Positions 1 through 11,304 of a DNA stretch of 64,000 bases are shown in pieces. The position numbers and the translations under genes were made by a program. How positions within the stretch are numbered: the stretch's first letter is position 1; each line of letters starts with the position of its first letter. This DNA is from Dimorphilus gyrociliatus (Eukaryota; Animalia; Annelida), in the NCBI GenBank assembly GCA_904063045.1, contig CAJFCJ010000047.1, forward strand, positions 24,321 through 88,320, given 5' to 3'. The notes under the pieces are model-generated. The model did not search any database. It worked only from the letters and a program-made list of their open reading frames with translations, and had not been told where the DNA came from.

Positions 1-764
1 TAAAAAGAATATTGATTTTTAACTTATATAGAGAAATAGTCACCTAGAACAATACAAAATTAGAGTTAATTGTCACCAAAATTTATAAACTATTCAGAGA
101 TGTTTAAGAAATAAATTGTATTCCTGTGTAGTAAATGTATATATTCAATTGATTGCTAGAAAGTCTTTCTGGTTCAATACTAAATGTAATGTGTTTTTCT
201 AGGAAAGTGTATTTCTATAATAATGAATGAGCGATAATACATAATTTGATTTGAAAAAGAAAAGAAAGGGTTCCCTCTAACGGTTATAAGAACAGTGAAA
301 AAAGGTTTTGGTGTTAAGGCAAAACCTTGAAAATAGAATTTACTTGCATTTTATTTTCTCATAATAATCATACTCTTCAGTAAAATAGACATTCTTTACA
401 TCTTGGTCTTTTGTTTCAGTCTTGAGAAAACACTCTCCTGTAGCTTTTTCATAACTTATACTTCTAATGCACAAAATAGTGAACTAAATTTTATTGTTAA
501 AAGAAATGTAACAGTTTTTTTTGTATTTCTTACTTGCAAATATCCAACTTTTTACAAATTTTATGACAATTTTTCACATCTTTATAAGTGATAAATACAA
601 TATTGCTATATATGAATTTAGTATTCTTGAAATGCTTAAATATGTAATCTAAAATGATTAAAAAAATATAAATAAAATATCTAAAGATGCTGGAGAACAT
701 CCATATTTATTGGGCAAAACTTACCTTCTTTTTGTTTAGTACTATCTATTCGTGGAGAAGTTAT

Positions 765-1275
765 TTATTTGATAAAATGGTGGAAAATTTCTAACAAATA
801 TGGCAATAATACTTACTACAATCATCATTCTTACTGTGATGAGTAGCAGTTGTAGAAACAACTAAACCATTGGTGAGCATTGAACCATTTTTTAAGTAAC
901 AATTCCCATCCAATGGATAGAAATCAAATGATCTAGTTGTATTTTTAAATATTTTTTGTGTATTAATCAAGCAAAAATGTATATTACAATTTTAATTCTT
1001 ACTTGCATTCTTTTATTTCATTACAAACTGCTTGACAATGAAATGTACTTCCATTAGCAAGAGTTGCCAATAAAATACTGCCGGAAAGTCTATTTTTATC
1101 AATCTTTTGATATGAACATTCTATTTAAAAGAAAAGTATATTAAATATTGGAAAAGTAAACAGATTCTTTGGTTTATAAAAATTCTTTACTAGTAAATTC
1201 CAAAAAATTATAAAGCTGCGAACAATTTGAAAAGATAACGAAGGATAAAAGAATTCTAATTTCAATCGTAGTCAT
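765..1275 (-). CDS. Small secreted PAN/apple-domain protein (4 exons, hand-spliced)
   Basis: Spliced translation MTTIEIRILLSFVIFSNCSQ...FHCQAVCNEIKECK|SFDFYPLDGNCYLKNG... has a signal-peptide-like start and the PAN cysteine pattern. GT-AG introns of about 50-70 bp are phase-compatible. The first donor and last exon are uncertain. Confidence 0.55.
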
Positions 1276-1657
1276 TGCTATATTAAATTTTCAAGAGTTT
1301 AATAAGAGTTATATATAAATGTACATTTGCTTTGGAATTATTTGGTTGACTTTAAGATCTTTATTATTCTATGAACAAACATTTATTTATGGGTAATGAT
1401 ATTACTTAGAAAGAGAGAGAGCACCTTTTAAATGTATACATTAGTTATATACACGTAACTTAACTCTATTCTATTATATGACATTGACAAATTTGATCTT
1501 GACAGTCAATAATTATATTTATAGGTTATTCAATAAAGATAATTATAGATAATAGCTCTAATGTTCAAGACAAAGTCATAAGTACGTTATTCTTAATAAT
1601 GTTTGGTATGCGCAGCTAGTAATATAGCTAGAACAAGAATCTATTGTTCTGCTATTT

Positions 1658-1853
1658 CGGGTCGACAAGATATGTCCATAAATAATATATTTCGAGAAAA
1701 ATGGTCAGATAGAACAAGTCAGCTATTGATTTGTACTTGGAAGGCTTAGATGCAGATCTAAGGATAGGATTAGGGAAAAATACCAGGCAGAGACAAAGGC
1801 TGGGTTAGGATTACGGTAAAAGCTGTGATTTGTGGACGTATTCTGTCGCATTC
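1658..1853 (+). mobile_element. TTAGGG-containing MITE, copy 1
   Basis: Imperfect TIRs GGGTCGACAAGATATGTCCATAAAT ... ATTTGTGGACGTATTCTGTCGCATTC; internal sequence alignable with copies at 3742, 16795 and 19344. Confidence 0.8.
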
Positions 1854-1904
1854 TTTTACTGTCACTTTTATCTAATAGAAGAGTAAAATAGCTAGATAAG
1901 ATAT

Positions 1905-3231
1905 TTGCTATTAACTGGAAAATGTAAGAAAGGCTACAACGGAAGTGACTGCTCCAAATTTTCTTGTGAGAAATTAAACTTCTGTTCTACTCATGGAAAA
2001 TGTATCGAGTGTAATAAATGCTTGTGCGATAGCTTCTGGTCTGGAGAATTTTGCAGTATTCCAGTTTGTAGTAATGTGTCAGATTGTTCTAACAATGGCC
2101 GTTGCATTAGCGCTAATAAATGCCAATGTAAAGAATATGAAAGTGACGACTGTTCCTTGAAAATAGCTCCAAATAAAGCTCAACCAGTCTTTTTAAATTT
2201 CAAATACTCAACGGAAGTTAGTGAAAATTTAAATGTTGGAGAAGTTTTATTTACTGTACAATCGAATGATACAGACAGTGGAAAATCTGGATTAGTTTAC
2301 TACGAAATAGTATAAACACCAATTACTTTGAGTATCGACAGTAAAACTGGAAAAATTACTGTAAAGCAGTAAATTCAACCAGGTTTCTATACTATACAAA
2401 TAGAAGCCTCTGATAATGGAATTCCTGCTGAAAGAACTTCAACGACCTTGACATTAACTGCTAATGACATTAATGAATGTTCAATAATTCAAAATGACAA
2501 AACAACAAAGATAATTAAATCGGATATTGAAAAAAATTCAACAATATTCGAAGTGAAAGCGAAAGGTGATGATTTAGGATTAAATTTTGAATTGATATTC
2601 GACATGTCGATTCATGGGATAGAAAATCGAGATTTCGAATTAGAGATATAAAATGAAACTAATCAGATCATCTCAACAAAGACGCCATTAATTTCCGGAC
2701 AATTTGATGTAATCTTGTACGTTTATGACAAATCTAGAGGTCCTTGTATAGCCACAGCTATTCTGTCTCTTATCATCCTATCACCAACTGTTGATTTATC
2801 AAAAATTCAAGGTCAAAGTGTTAAGATTGATGGAGAAACAACTTTTAGCACTACAAGTAACAAAGCCAGTGATGATGTCCCTACTTCAAAATATATAGTA
2901 CAACTTTCATCCCATCTTCTTCTTCATCTCTGTGCATAGAAAATGATGAAACAACAACAGCTAACAGTGGCAGTGATAGAGTTAGCAAAGACATCACTAC
3001 TCAAAATAACATTGGCCAATCTTTTTTTTTTATTCTTCTAATCCTCCAATATGATTTACAAAAGATTGTAGAACAACTGGAGAATCGTTGACAACTGAAA
3101 AAGTTGATGGAGAAAAGGAGAAGAAAACAAGCATGTTTACATCACTTCTAAATGGTCTTATGGTCACTATTGCTCTTGCTGGAATAATAATTCTATTGCT
3201 TTTTTTCTTTTGTAACTGTAAAAAGAGTTGA
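1905..3231 (+). pseudogene. EGF-repeat + cadherin-repeat + Ser/Thr stalk + transmembrane protein pseudogene
   Basis: Tenascin-type EGF repeats (CKKGYNGSDC, CDSFWSGEFC); cadherin motifs (DTDSGKSGLVYYEI, IEASDNGIP) read through in-frame TAA at 2313, 2370 and 2649; frameshifts near 2900-3030; C-terminal TM LMVTIALAGIIILLLFFFC before TGA 3229-3231. Confidence 0.75.
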
Positions 3232-3529
3232 ATGAAATGAATTCTATCAAGAAACATTAAAAAATTTAAGTAAAATTAAAGATTTTTCAGTGTTCTTAAC
3301 ATAGATTGACCTGACATGAACCTTTTTATATTAGACTAGTAGCGCCATCTACTTTTGTATAAATAACAAGACATGCGTTAACAATTGGCTTAGGTCTTAA
3401 GATTAGGGTTTGCCAATCAAAGGCTGACTGGCAAGCCCTTTATTGCACTCACCTACAAGCTTGTTAGCCCTACAGCTAGTGTAGCTATTAGGAACTATTG
3501 TCTTAAGTAGCAGTTCCTAAGAATTAGAA

Positions 3530-3705
3530 TGATGGAACTTTAGAAAGAATCCAATTTCGTAAGAAATAGATTCTTTGGCCATAATAGATGGAGCCACAAT
3601 GAAATTGGCATAGGCAAAGAAAAAGTGAACCCAAGCATTGGCAAATGTATAAAAGGAGATTGATTTCCAAAGATTGTCATTGATTTACTCAATACATATT
3701 CTATT
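3530..3705. repeat. Fragment of unidentified degenerate interspersed repeat family
   Basis: GAAATAGATTCTTTGGCCATAATAGATGGAGCCACAATG and GTGAACCCAAGCATTGGCAAATGTATAAAA match 51646ff and 51878ff. Confidence 0.6.
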
Positions 3706-3741
3706 GGCAAAACTCTGGACTTTTAATAATACTGTACATTT

Positions 3742-3948
3742 GGGGTCGACAGAAAACGTCCACAAATGAGAAATTTCAAGACAAAAGTTTGAATTGAGAA
3801 ATGGATGGGCAGAAGAAAACAGCAACTGATTTGTACTTAGGAGGATCTCCTATAAGGGTTAGGGCTAATGGAAAAGGTTGGGTACAGCTAAGGGCTGGGT
3901 TAGCGTTAGGGTAAAAGCACTGATTTGTGGACGTTTTCTGTTGCATCC
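3742..3948 (+). mobile_element. TTAGGG-containing MITE, copy 2 (best-preserved TIRs)
   Basis: 26-bp TIRs at 3742-3767 and 3923-3948, 22/26 identical with the inner 19 bp perfect (ACAGAAAACGTCCACAAAT); no TSD found. Confidence 0.85.
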
Positions 3949-5316
3949 ATCAGTGCTCTGACAATATTATTAAAGGATTGGAAAGGACAAATAATATTGT
4001 AAAGAGTCAAAATTTAGTAAAATATTCAGCACATAACATCTCTGGGTATGTGATAGTACTTACGTATTTCTTGTACATAGATTCTCCAAAAAAGATTTGA
4101 AAAATTGAATGAAGATTTGAAAAGAAACTTTAGACTAAAAATAACATTGTTTGTAGCTGAATTAAGAATTTTTTTTTTAAAATAAGACACTTGAACAAGT
4201 AGTTATATCCAAGTTCAATGACAAAAAGATAGTTTATAGTAGCAGATTGCCAAGTTACCAAACTAGCAGTTATAAAGTAGTGCTTTTACTCAAACCTTTC
4301 AACACAGTGTTTAATATAATGGTTTATTCAAAGATTTCTAATAGTAACAGTTTTGGACGTAAATCCAATTGAAGTTACATTTGAAAGAATTTTAATGTTA
4401 ATATTTAAAACAATTATATTTTAGGTAAGGAAAACGATTCAATAAATTTTTATTTAAATAGCAATCAGATAGATTAAATGCCTCTAACGTGCCTGATGAT
4501 TTTTGAAGTCCTTTACAAATGTTAAAGCAACCATTTGCTATTCTCATATTATTACCCAAAGTTAGTGACACTATTTTTCAATTAAATTCAATTTGTAAGA
4601 ATTTGGGATAAGATTCAATCTATTCACAGCTCAAACCATTTCAAAAATCAGGATCATCAGTATTTTCAATGTTCTTTGTTCCTTTGCTAATTTCATATTG
4701 GCTTCATTTGTTTTGGTCAAAGAGTCTAATTCTTATAAAATATGATTCTTTCTTGAATTCCATTATTCTAATTCTGCAAAATAGAGGTCTTTCCAAATTT
4801 CCATTATTCTAATTCCTACAAAATAGAAATCTCTCTAAAGTCTCTCTATCATATGTAAAGTATCACTATGTCTTTGTTTCTAAGTGTACAATAGATTTTC
4901 TTCGTATTTACCAGTTTTTATCAAAATAAAATAATTTACTTATGGAGGTTATTGGAAACTTTAGATATTTTCTGACAATTTATGGATATTTCTTGTTGAT
5001 CCATTGATACAAAGAAAACTGAATGTCTTAAATGTTGAAGTAAAACAAGATTATCAATTATCTTGTGAAACTTATTAACCAAAAATAAAAGAAATTGAAA
5101 AATTGAATTTCTTTAAACAATTTTCTTTGTCTCTATACACAAATTAGGTCAATATATAATAAATAAAATATTTAAAACATGTATGCTTTGACATGTAAAA
5201 AACGTTTATTTGTTATTTATTTATAAGAATTGAACAATTAATTATCTATATTTTCAAGACTACAACAAGGCTGTGTATTAGTTAAAAGTTTCCTTTCCTT
5301 GAACACATTGTACAAA

Positions 5317-7221
5317 ATGGTAATGTATGTGGCTACAAACTATCTTGGTGTGATATTACTATTTGTACCATTAATCTTTGGATTTTATGAAGATTATGTA
5401 AATATGCTATCACCCCATCAGCATATTGTTCAAAGTGGATCAATTCACCTAGGAAAGTATACATTTGGTAATTTATATGATGGAACTCCTTTTGAATTTA
5501 AAACTGATGGAAGTAGATTAAATATAAGCAAAGTTAAGTTATGGTTTCATATTCCTGGTGGAGAACATTTTAAATTACATACCTTACGTCTCCTGAAATT
5601 ACGTAATGGACATGAAAAGTTAAGTTTTACATTAACATTCTTAAACAGTCGAGATATTTATGATTTAGAGCATAATTTTACAAAGGGCTGGAATGAAATT
5701 GCGTTTACTAATTTAACATTTATAAATAGAATCTATGTAACAGTTACTGAATCAGATTATGATAATCTAGAAATTGGTGAATTTCAAATTCTTGGTTTCA
5801 ATAAATATTTTCTATCGTGTCTTGAATGGTTTAGTAAATCGACACTTGAAACATCTGTTGTAATGATACATACAATTGGCAGTTCGATATCATTAGATGT
5901 TTCAAGAATAGAAAGTGGAGCAACTTGCCAATCATCAACTGGTAATTGTAGATTAGCAATAAAAGATTCTGTTAATTATATTGATGACATGTGGATACCA
6001 TTGGCAACGGATAAAAATATATTTATTGAGATCAAATTTTATGATAGCTACTCAATTGAGGAAATTATTGTAAAACAACCAATTGAAAATGAAATTAATT
6101 CTATAATCATCAAATGTGATGAGAGTTTAATTGAAATGATTGTGAATAAAACTAGTTTATTTACATCATTACAAACAGAATTGACAACAAGTTTTCTCAG
6201 ATTTCTATTTTATAAGAGAGATAATCAGACATTTTTTGGATTGTATGAAATCAAAGTAATTGGTCGTACCCGTAAACCTCACAAAAATATTTGTGACTCT
6301 GCAACAAGTTATATAAAATCACAAGATTTCATATCAATAGGTCAGAATAAAGTGACATATAAACCAACATCAACTGACCAATGCTCTCAAAGTAAACATT
6401 TTTTGAGGTAAAACACTAGAAAATTCTATCCTCCATTTTGCTTTTTTGTTTACTTTTCAATTTCTCTTTTCAGAACAAGTATTTCAGATTATAGAAAATA
6501 CAAATATCACTTGGCAGCTAATAGCTATTTTTGCTCTCAACAAATAAGTATTGACTGTAGCAATTATAAATCAGAAAATATTGAAGGATTAATATTTTCA
6601 TCAAATAATAAAACTTTAAAATTTTTAGATGAAAATGAAAAATGTTTTAGAAATCCAATTTTAAAGTGTAAATGTACAAATAACTTTAATGGAAGTTATT
6701 CTGGATCTATCAATTTTTCAACAAATGATTTACCACTTTTAAAAGTTTGTGTTAGTAAAAAAATTAATACTACTGAAACATCAGAGGTTAATCTATCATT
6801 TGGTAAGCTAGTTTGTTATGCTAAGAAAGATTTTCTTCAATCAAATAACCAAGAAATTGTTGATAATAATTTACAAACTTGTTCATCTAACATTCATTTT
6901 AATAAAATTTCAATTAATCAACAAAGTTTGGCAAATGGTTCTATTGAAGTTAATCTATGGTTTAACGAGAATAATAATCAATTTCACTGTCAGGATATTA
7001 TGGTTTACAAGGAAGATAATATTGAAAAATGTGGTAATCTATCTCTCAATCAATGTTCCTTTCGAAGTTCAGAAAATACGGATCAATTTTCTATAAAACT
7101 ATGTAAATATGTGTGCAAATATGGAGTAAGTCGTCATATACAAATTGTAAAAGAATACCAAAAATATCCAGATAATGATTCAAGTTTGTGTGAAGCAACA
7201 GTCATTTTTAATAATGAATAG
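5317..7221 (+). CDS. Secreted or membrane protein: F5/8C (discoidin)-like domains + Caspr/neurexin-IV-type fibrinogen-like module + C-terminal DxxxxTC domain
   Basis: Hydrophobic N-terminus (YLGVILLFVPLIFG). Exon 1 is 5317-6407, a 66-bp GT-AG intron 6408-6473 joins in frame (HFL|RTSIS). CSQQISIDC...LPLLKVCV...SEVNLSFGKLVC resembles the Caspr CEQYVSYFC...LPVSQVVVG...SEAKLSVGPLRC segment. No stops seen. Confidence 0.7.
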
Positions 7222-7469
7222 TTAAAAATTTTAAATAAAAAAATATCTATTGGAATGTCATCATTGAAACTGAGTTCTTAAATACTAAATAGAACATTTT
7301 TTGCCCATTAACTTCTACTTATTAGCTATTAAATGAAGCAGGTATAGGGTTTGGGTCCACTGACAGGGCTATGTCATTTGGGTTAGGCAAGGACTTTAGT
7401 TGATAAATGAAGGATTTATTTGTACAAACATGTTTGTTTACATCACTTTACATAATATAACAACTCTTA

Positions 7470-7745
7470 AATCTGTTGGTTTTGAACAATCCTTGTCTTG
7501 TCTTTATTGTTCCATAATTCTTCCATTAAACTGGATTTTAAATTTTACTCTCTCTTTTGTCTTTAAAACATTTCCCTCTTCTGAAGTTATGATGATAAGC
7601 AAGTGGCTTCTTTCATAGTGAATTCAGAGTCCATTAACCGGATTTCTTTTTCTATCATGAAGAACAAAAGTGCTCCTGAATCACATAAAGCAATAACTTC
7701 TCTTCCATTATGATTTTTCATTCATAATTGTAAATCTTTTCTTAT
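7470..7745 (-). mobile_element. Gypsy protease remnant (same family as 30778-31150)
   Basis: Reverse complement ATGAAAAATCATAATGGAAGAGAAGTTATTGCTTTATGTGATTCAGGAGCAC matches 30866ff; REVIALCDSGALL. Confidence 0.8.
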
Positions 7746-7869
7746 TTTAAGACTTTTCAACTTCACTTAGTACCAATATTTTGTACAACAGGAGTAAACA
7801 AAAATTTATTCTTGCCGAGAAGCATTCCATATCTGAAGAGTTTTTTATCTAGACCAAAACTATGGCATA

Positions 7870-8225
7870 AGTGTAAAACATTCGTGCATCTCAATGATTC
7901 AAAAGTACCAAAATACGATACACAGATTTTTCTTTTGTTTTATATCTCTCAGTAAGAATCCATAGGAATTTTTTTTTTACTTTTATTTCAAAATCTAAAT
8001 CTCTTGGATGCTTTTGTCTTTTACCCTCTTTATATCTAGAAGCTTTTCATTTTTACAGTAAACTCTTAATCATTTTTATAGTACGTGTTAAGGATAGGGA
8101 GCTCAAGAATATCTTTGAGTACATCTCCTTGAAAAGCATTTATATCAAACTCAAGTGCACAATGTATCTCTTCTAAAGGTAAGCCACTGTTCAGGTTGTG
8201 TAGCAAGTAAGCATAAAAGATTTAA
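7870..8225 (-). mobile_element. Mutator/Phantom transposase remnant
   Basis: TCAAAATCTAAATCTCTTGGATGCTTTTG...TATATCTAGAAGCTTT matches 26378ff (KASRYKE...KHPRDLDF linker after FLYWCH). Confidence 0.7.
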
Positions 8226-8551
8226 CCATAATTTCTGAATTATTAAATTATAGAATATTGAAATAATAAAATTCATTATACGAAGGCCTAGAATGTTACC
8301 AATCATATTTTGCAGGGTATTTCATCAATTTCTAAAAAAAAATGTCAATACTTTGAACAAAAATGGAAACACAGAATATTTTTCAATAGACAATGAAAAT
8401 TCAACATCCTGAGATCACTTCATCTTGTATATCAAGATTATTAATATTGTTAATTATCCATTCATTTTATCTTGGTTGATGGAGTTGTATGTATTTTCTT
8501 TTAGCATTTTTTTAAAATATTTATGAATACTGTATATATTATACAATTTAG

Positions 8552-9487
8552 ATGATATCAGTTGATCGTATTAAAGAGTACTCTAACCTTCCATCTGAAG
8601 AGTGCAAAGATTATTTAAATGAGGAGAGTTCATCACTAATACAATCTGGTTGGCCTTGCAATGGAAATTTACAGCTTGTTAATGTTTCAATGAGATATGA
8701 TGCTAATTTACCATACACATTATCATCTATCAATTTATCCATTAAATCTGGAGAAAAGGTTTTATTCCATTTATTTAAAGTTGTCTTTTTGTCTCTCTAG
8801 GCCAAATCATTTATATTTCAGATTGGTGTGGTTGGACGGACTGGTGCGGGTAAAAGCTCTCTGATATCAGCCCTTGTAAGAATGGCTATTGTTGAAGGAC
8901 AAATTTTTTTAGATAATGTTGATATACTACGAGATGTTAGTCTCAGTAGGGCTAGATCAGCTATATCTGTTATTCCACAGGACCCAGTTTTATTCTCTGG
9001 GACAATCCAATCCAATTTAGATCCATTGCACATGTATTCTGATGATGAGATTTGGATGAGCCTCCATAAAGTTCAATTATCAAAAAAGGTAAAAGATTTG
9101 AAAGATCAATTGCAATCAAAAATGATGGCAGGAGGAGGAAATTTCAGCACTGGAGAGAGACAATTGATTTGTTTGGCAAGAGCATTATTAAAACAATCAT
9201 ATTTAATATTGATTAATGAGGCAACTGCTAATGTGGACTTGGAAACAGATTATCTCATTCAAGGTGTTTTGCAATAGCAATTTGAGCATTGTACAATTAT
9301 AACCATAGCTCATAGATTAAATACAATTATTAATAATGATAAAATAGTTGTTATGGCTCAAGGGAGGATAGTAGAAATAGGAACTATTGAAGAATTGAAA
9401 AGGCAAAGAGGAGTCTTTTTCAAATTACTACAAACTGAAACTTTTACACTAAAAGAATTAGGGTTAAATCCAAATGAGACTAAGTAA
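8552..9487 (+). pseudogene. ABCC/MRP4-like transporter C-terminal fragment (end of TMD2 + NBD2), disabled
   Basis: MISVDRIKEY; intron 8759-8821; Walker A GRTGAGKSS; signature-like NFSTGERQLICLAR; Walker B D->N (LILINEATANVD); in-frame TAG 9275-9277, then CTIITIAHRL; ends TAA 9485-9487. No upstream exons seen. Confidence 0.85.
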
Positions 9488-9829
9488 GATATTAAAATCT
9501 GAGTTCTTTACATAAAAGATGGAATGCAACATTTGTATTTCCAAGTAGTAACATATTGATATTAGAAAATTAGATATGAAGAAATTTTAGAGATACTTCT
9601 ACTTTGTTGGAAATAGAATAATGGACAATAATAGATTGAGCTACAATGGAGTTGGCAAAGGAACAAAGATTAACATTAGAAAGATTATATATTAGATCTG
9701 TGATGTAACAATTTTTCACTGTCAAAAGATTATTTGTTATATTAGGTATGACCAAAAAATTTCAAACTCTGTGTTTTTTTTTTTGCAAGAAATCTTTGTG
9801 AAATTTTATTTATTTTTTTATGTTATAGC

Positions 9830-10300
9830 CTACAGTCTACTCTAAAAATATTAACAATTGTATTTTCTAATATTCCCCTCCTTTCTCTATGCAAGCCTGC
9901 CATTTGCTTGCAAGTAGGTTGATACCATGCTGATAAAAGGAGGATGGCTTTCTCCTTAGAAAATCTTTGATGTCTTTTTTTCAATTCTTCCAAATGATCA
10001 TAATGGACCCCTCTGATATGGTCCTTCAATCTCCCAAAAAGATAATAGTCTGAGGGGGGCCAACTCAGGGCTGTATGGTGGGTCAGGGTATATTGATTAC
10101 CCTTGGTCTCTTATAAAGTCTGTTGTTAGGAGACTTGTATGTGGTCTTGCATTATTGTGCTGTAAAATTATTTGTTTTCCAGTCTAATATTATGTAATCT
10201 TTTTCTTAGCCTCTCTTTTTCTTTTTAGAAAGAAAATGATTCTTTCACTTTAGTCATAGATGAAGAGGGAAGCAGACCCAAATTCAAAGAGATCTTTTTA
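9830..10300 (-). mobile_element. mariner transposase C-terminal remnant
   Basis: PYSPELAP/SDYYLFGRLKDHIRG (mariner YSPDLAPSD motif) across a frameshift. Confidence 0.8.
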
Positions 10301-10320
10301 TCTGAGCTATCTTTTACATA

Positions 10321-10436
10321 AAAATATGTAAAAACTTACCTAAATGCTTTTTGAAAGAAATTTATATAAAATTCCAACTTTAACTTATCATTCAGGATTG
10401 AAAAAACAAAGATAATAATCTTTCTTCATAATGAAA
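10321..10436. repeat. ~115-bp dispersed duplicate of 39605-39720
   Basis: AAAATATGTAAAAACTTACCTAAATGCTTT...ATAATAATCTTTCTTCATAATGAAA occurs at both loci. Confidence 0.75.
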
Positions 10437-10879
10437 ACGATTATTAATATTTCGCCTATCAAAATTCGAGGTGATCCAATATATGTGTCGTTTACTTTAT
10501 CCTTCAAAAAATTCTTATAAATGAATGTTTATATAAAATTTCAGTTGGTTTTAGTTAAAAACGTAATACAAGCAAAAAGATATTCTATATAAATAAGAGA
10601 GAAAGTCTGAAAAAACTTCCTACTGAACTTAAAGAGTTAATTATTTTTCTTTGGCCAATTTAATACGAAATCTATGTGAGTGAATTCACTTGGACACGTC
10701 AACATACAATCAAACATAGAGCTTAGCAATTTAGATGAGTGAGCAGCTTGTTTAACCATGCACAGCTTAACCCTTGTCATACCAAAATAGTTCGTTGATT
10801 ATCAATGAAATCCTAGATAATCCTTTTTTATATATGCACTATAGAATAAATCATTTTATATTAAAACCAAGTGGGAAAA

Positions 10880-11065
10880 TCCCCAAGGTTAATGATCTGG
10901 TAGTTTAAGCTAGTGTCTCCTTAAAAAACCACAATTGGAAAATAGGATGCCTACAGAGAATAAAGAAGTCTGCTGATGGACAACCTAGGAACCTACAGAT
11001 CCTCACAGAAAGATCTTTAGTATGGCGAGATCACAGAAAAGTAGTTCCATTCTAAAGAAACATAA
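10880..11065 (+). mobile_element. BEL/Pao integrase C-terminal (DUF5641-like) remnant
   Basis: PKVNDLVV*...WKIGCLQRIKKSADGQPRNLQILTERSLVWRDHRKVVP resembles the BEL GDVVL...WPLGRI...DG.VR...V.T...R motif. Confidence 0.5.
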
Positions 11066-11304
11066 CGTTCTTTAAGAGGGGTAGCGTTAATCACATGGAC
11101 CTACATGTGATTATATAGGACATTCTTTCTTTTAGAATACAGCTACAAACAGTAAAATTATATCGTTTGGTAATGAAGAACCAATCTTCAACAATCTTAC
11201 TTCAACTTTTTCCTTTGGATACAAATTGACTCATCACAAAAATTATAGCTTGCTAGGCCCTAATTATTTTTTTAGGGGTGCTTTTTTTGCTATCTTTGTT
11301 AATA

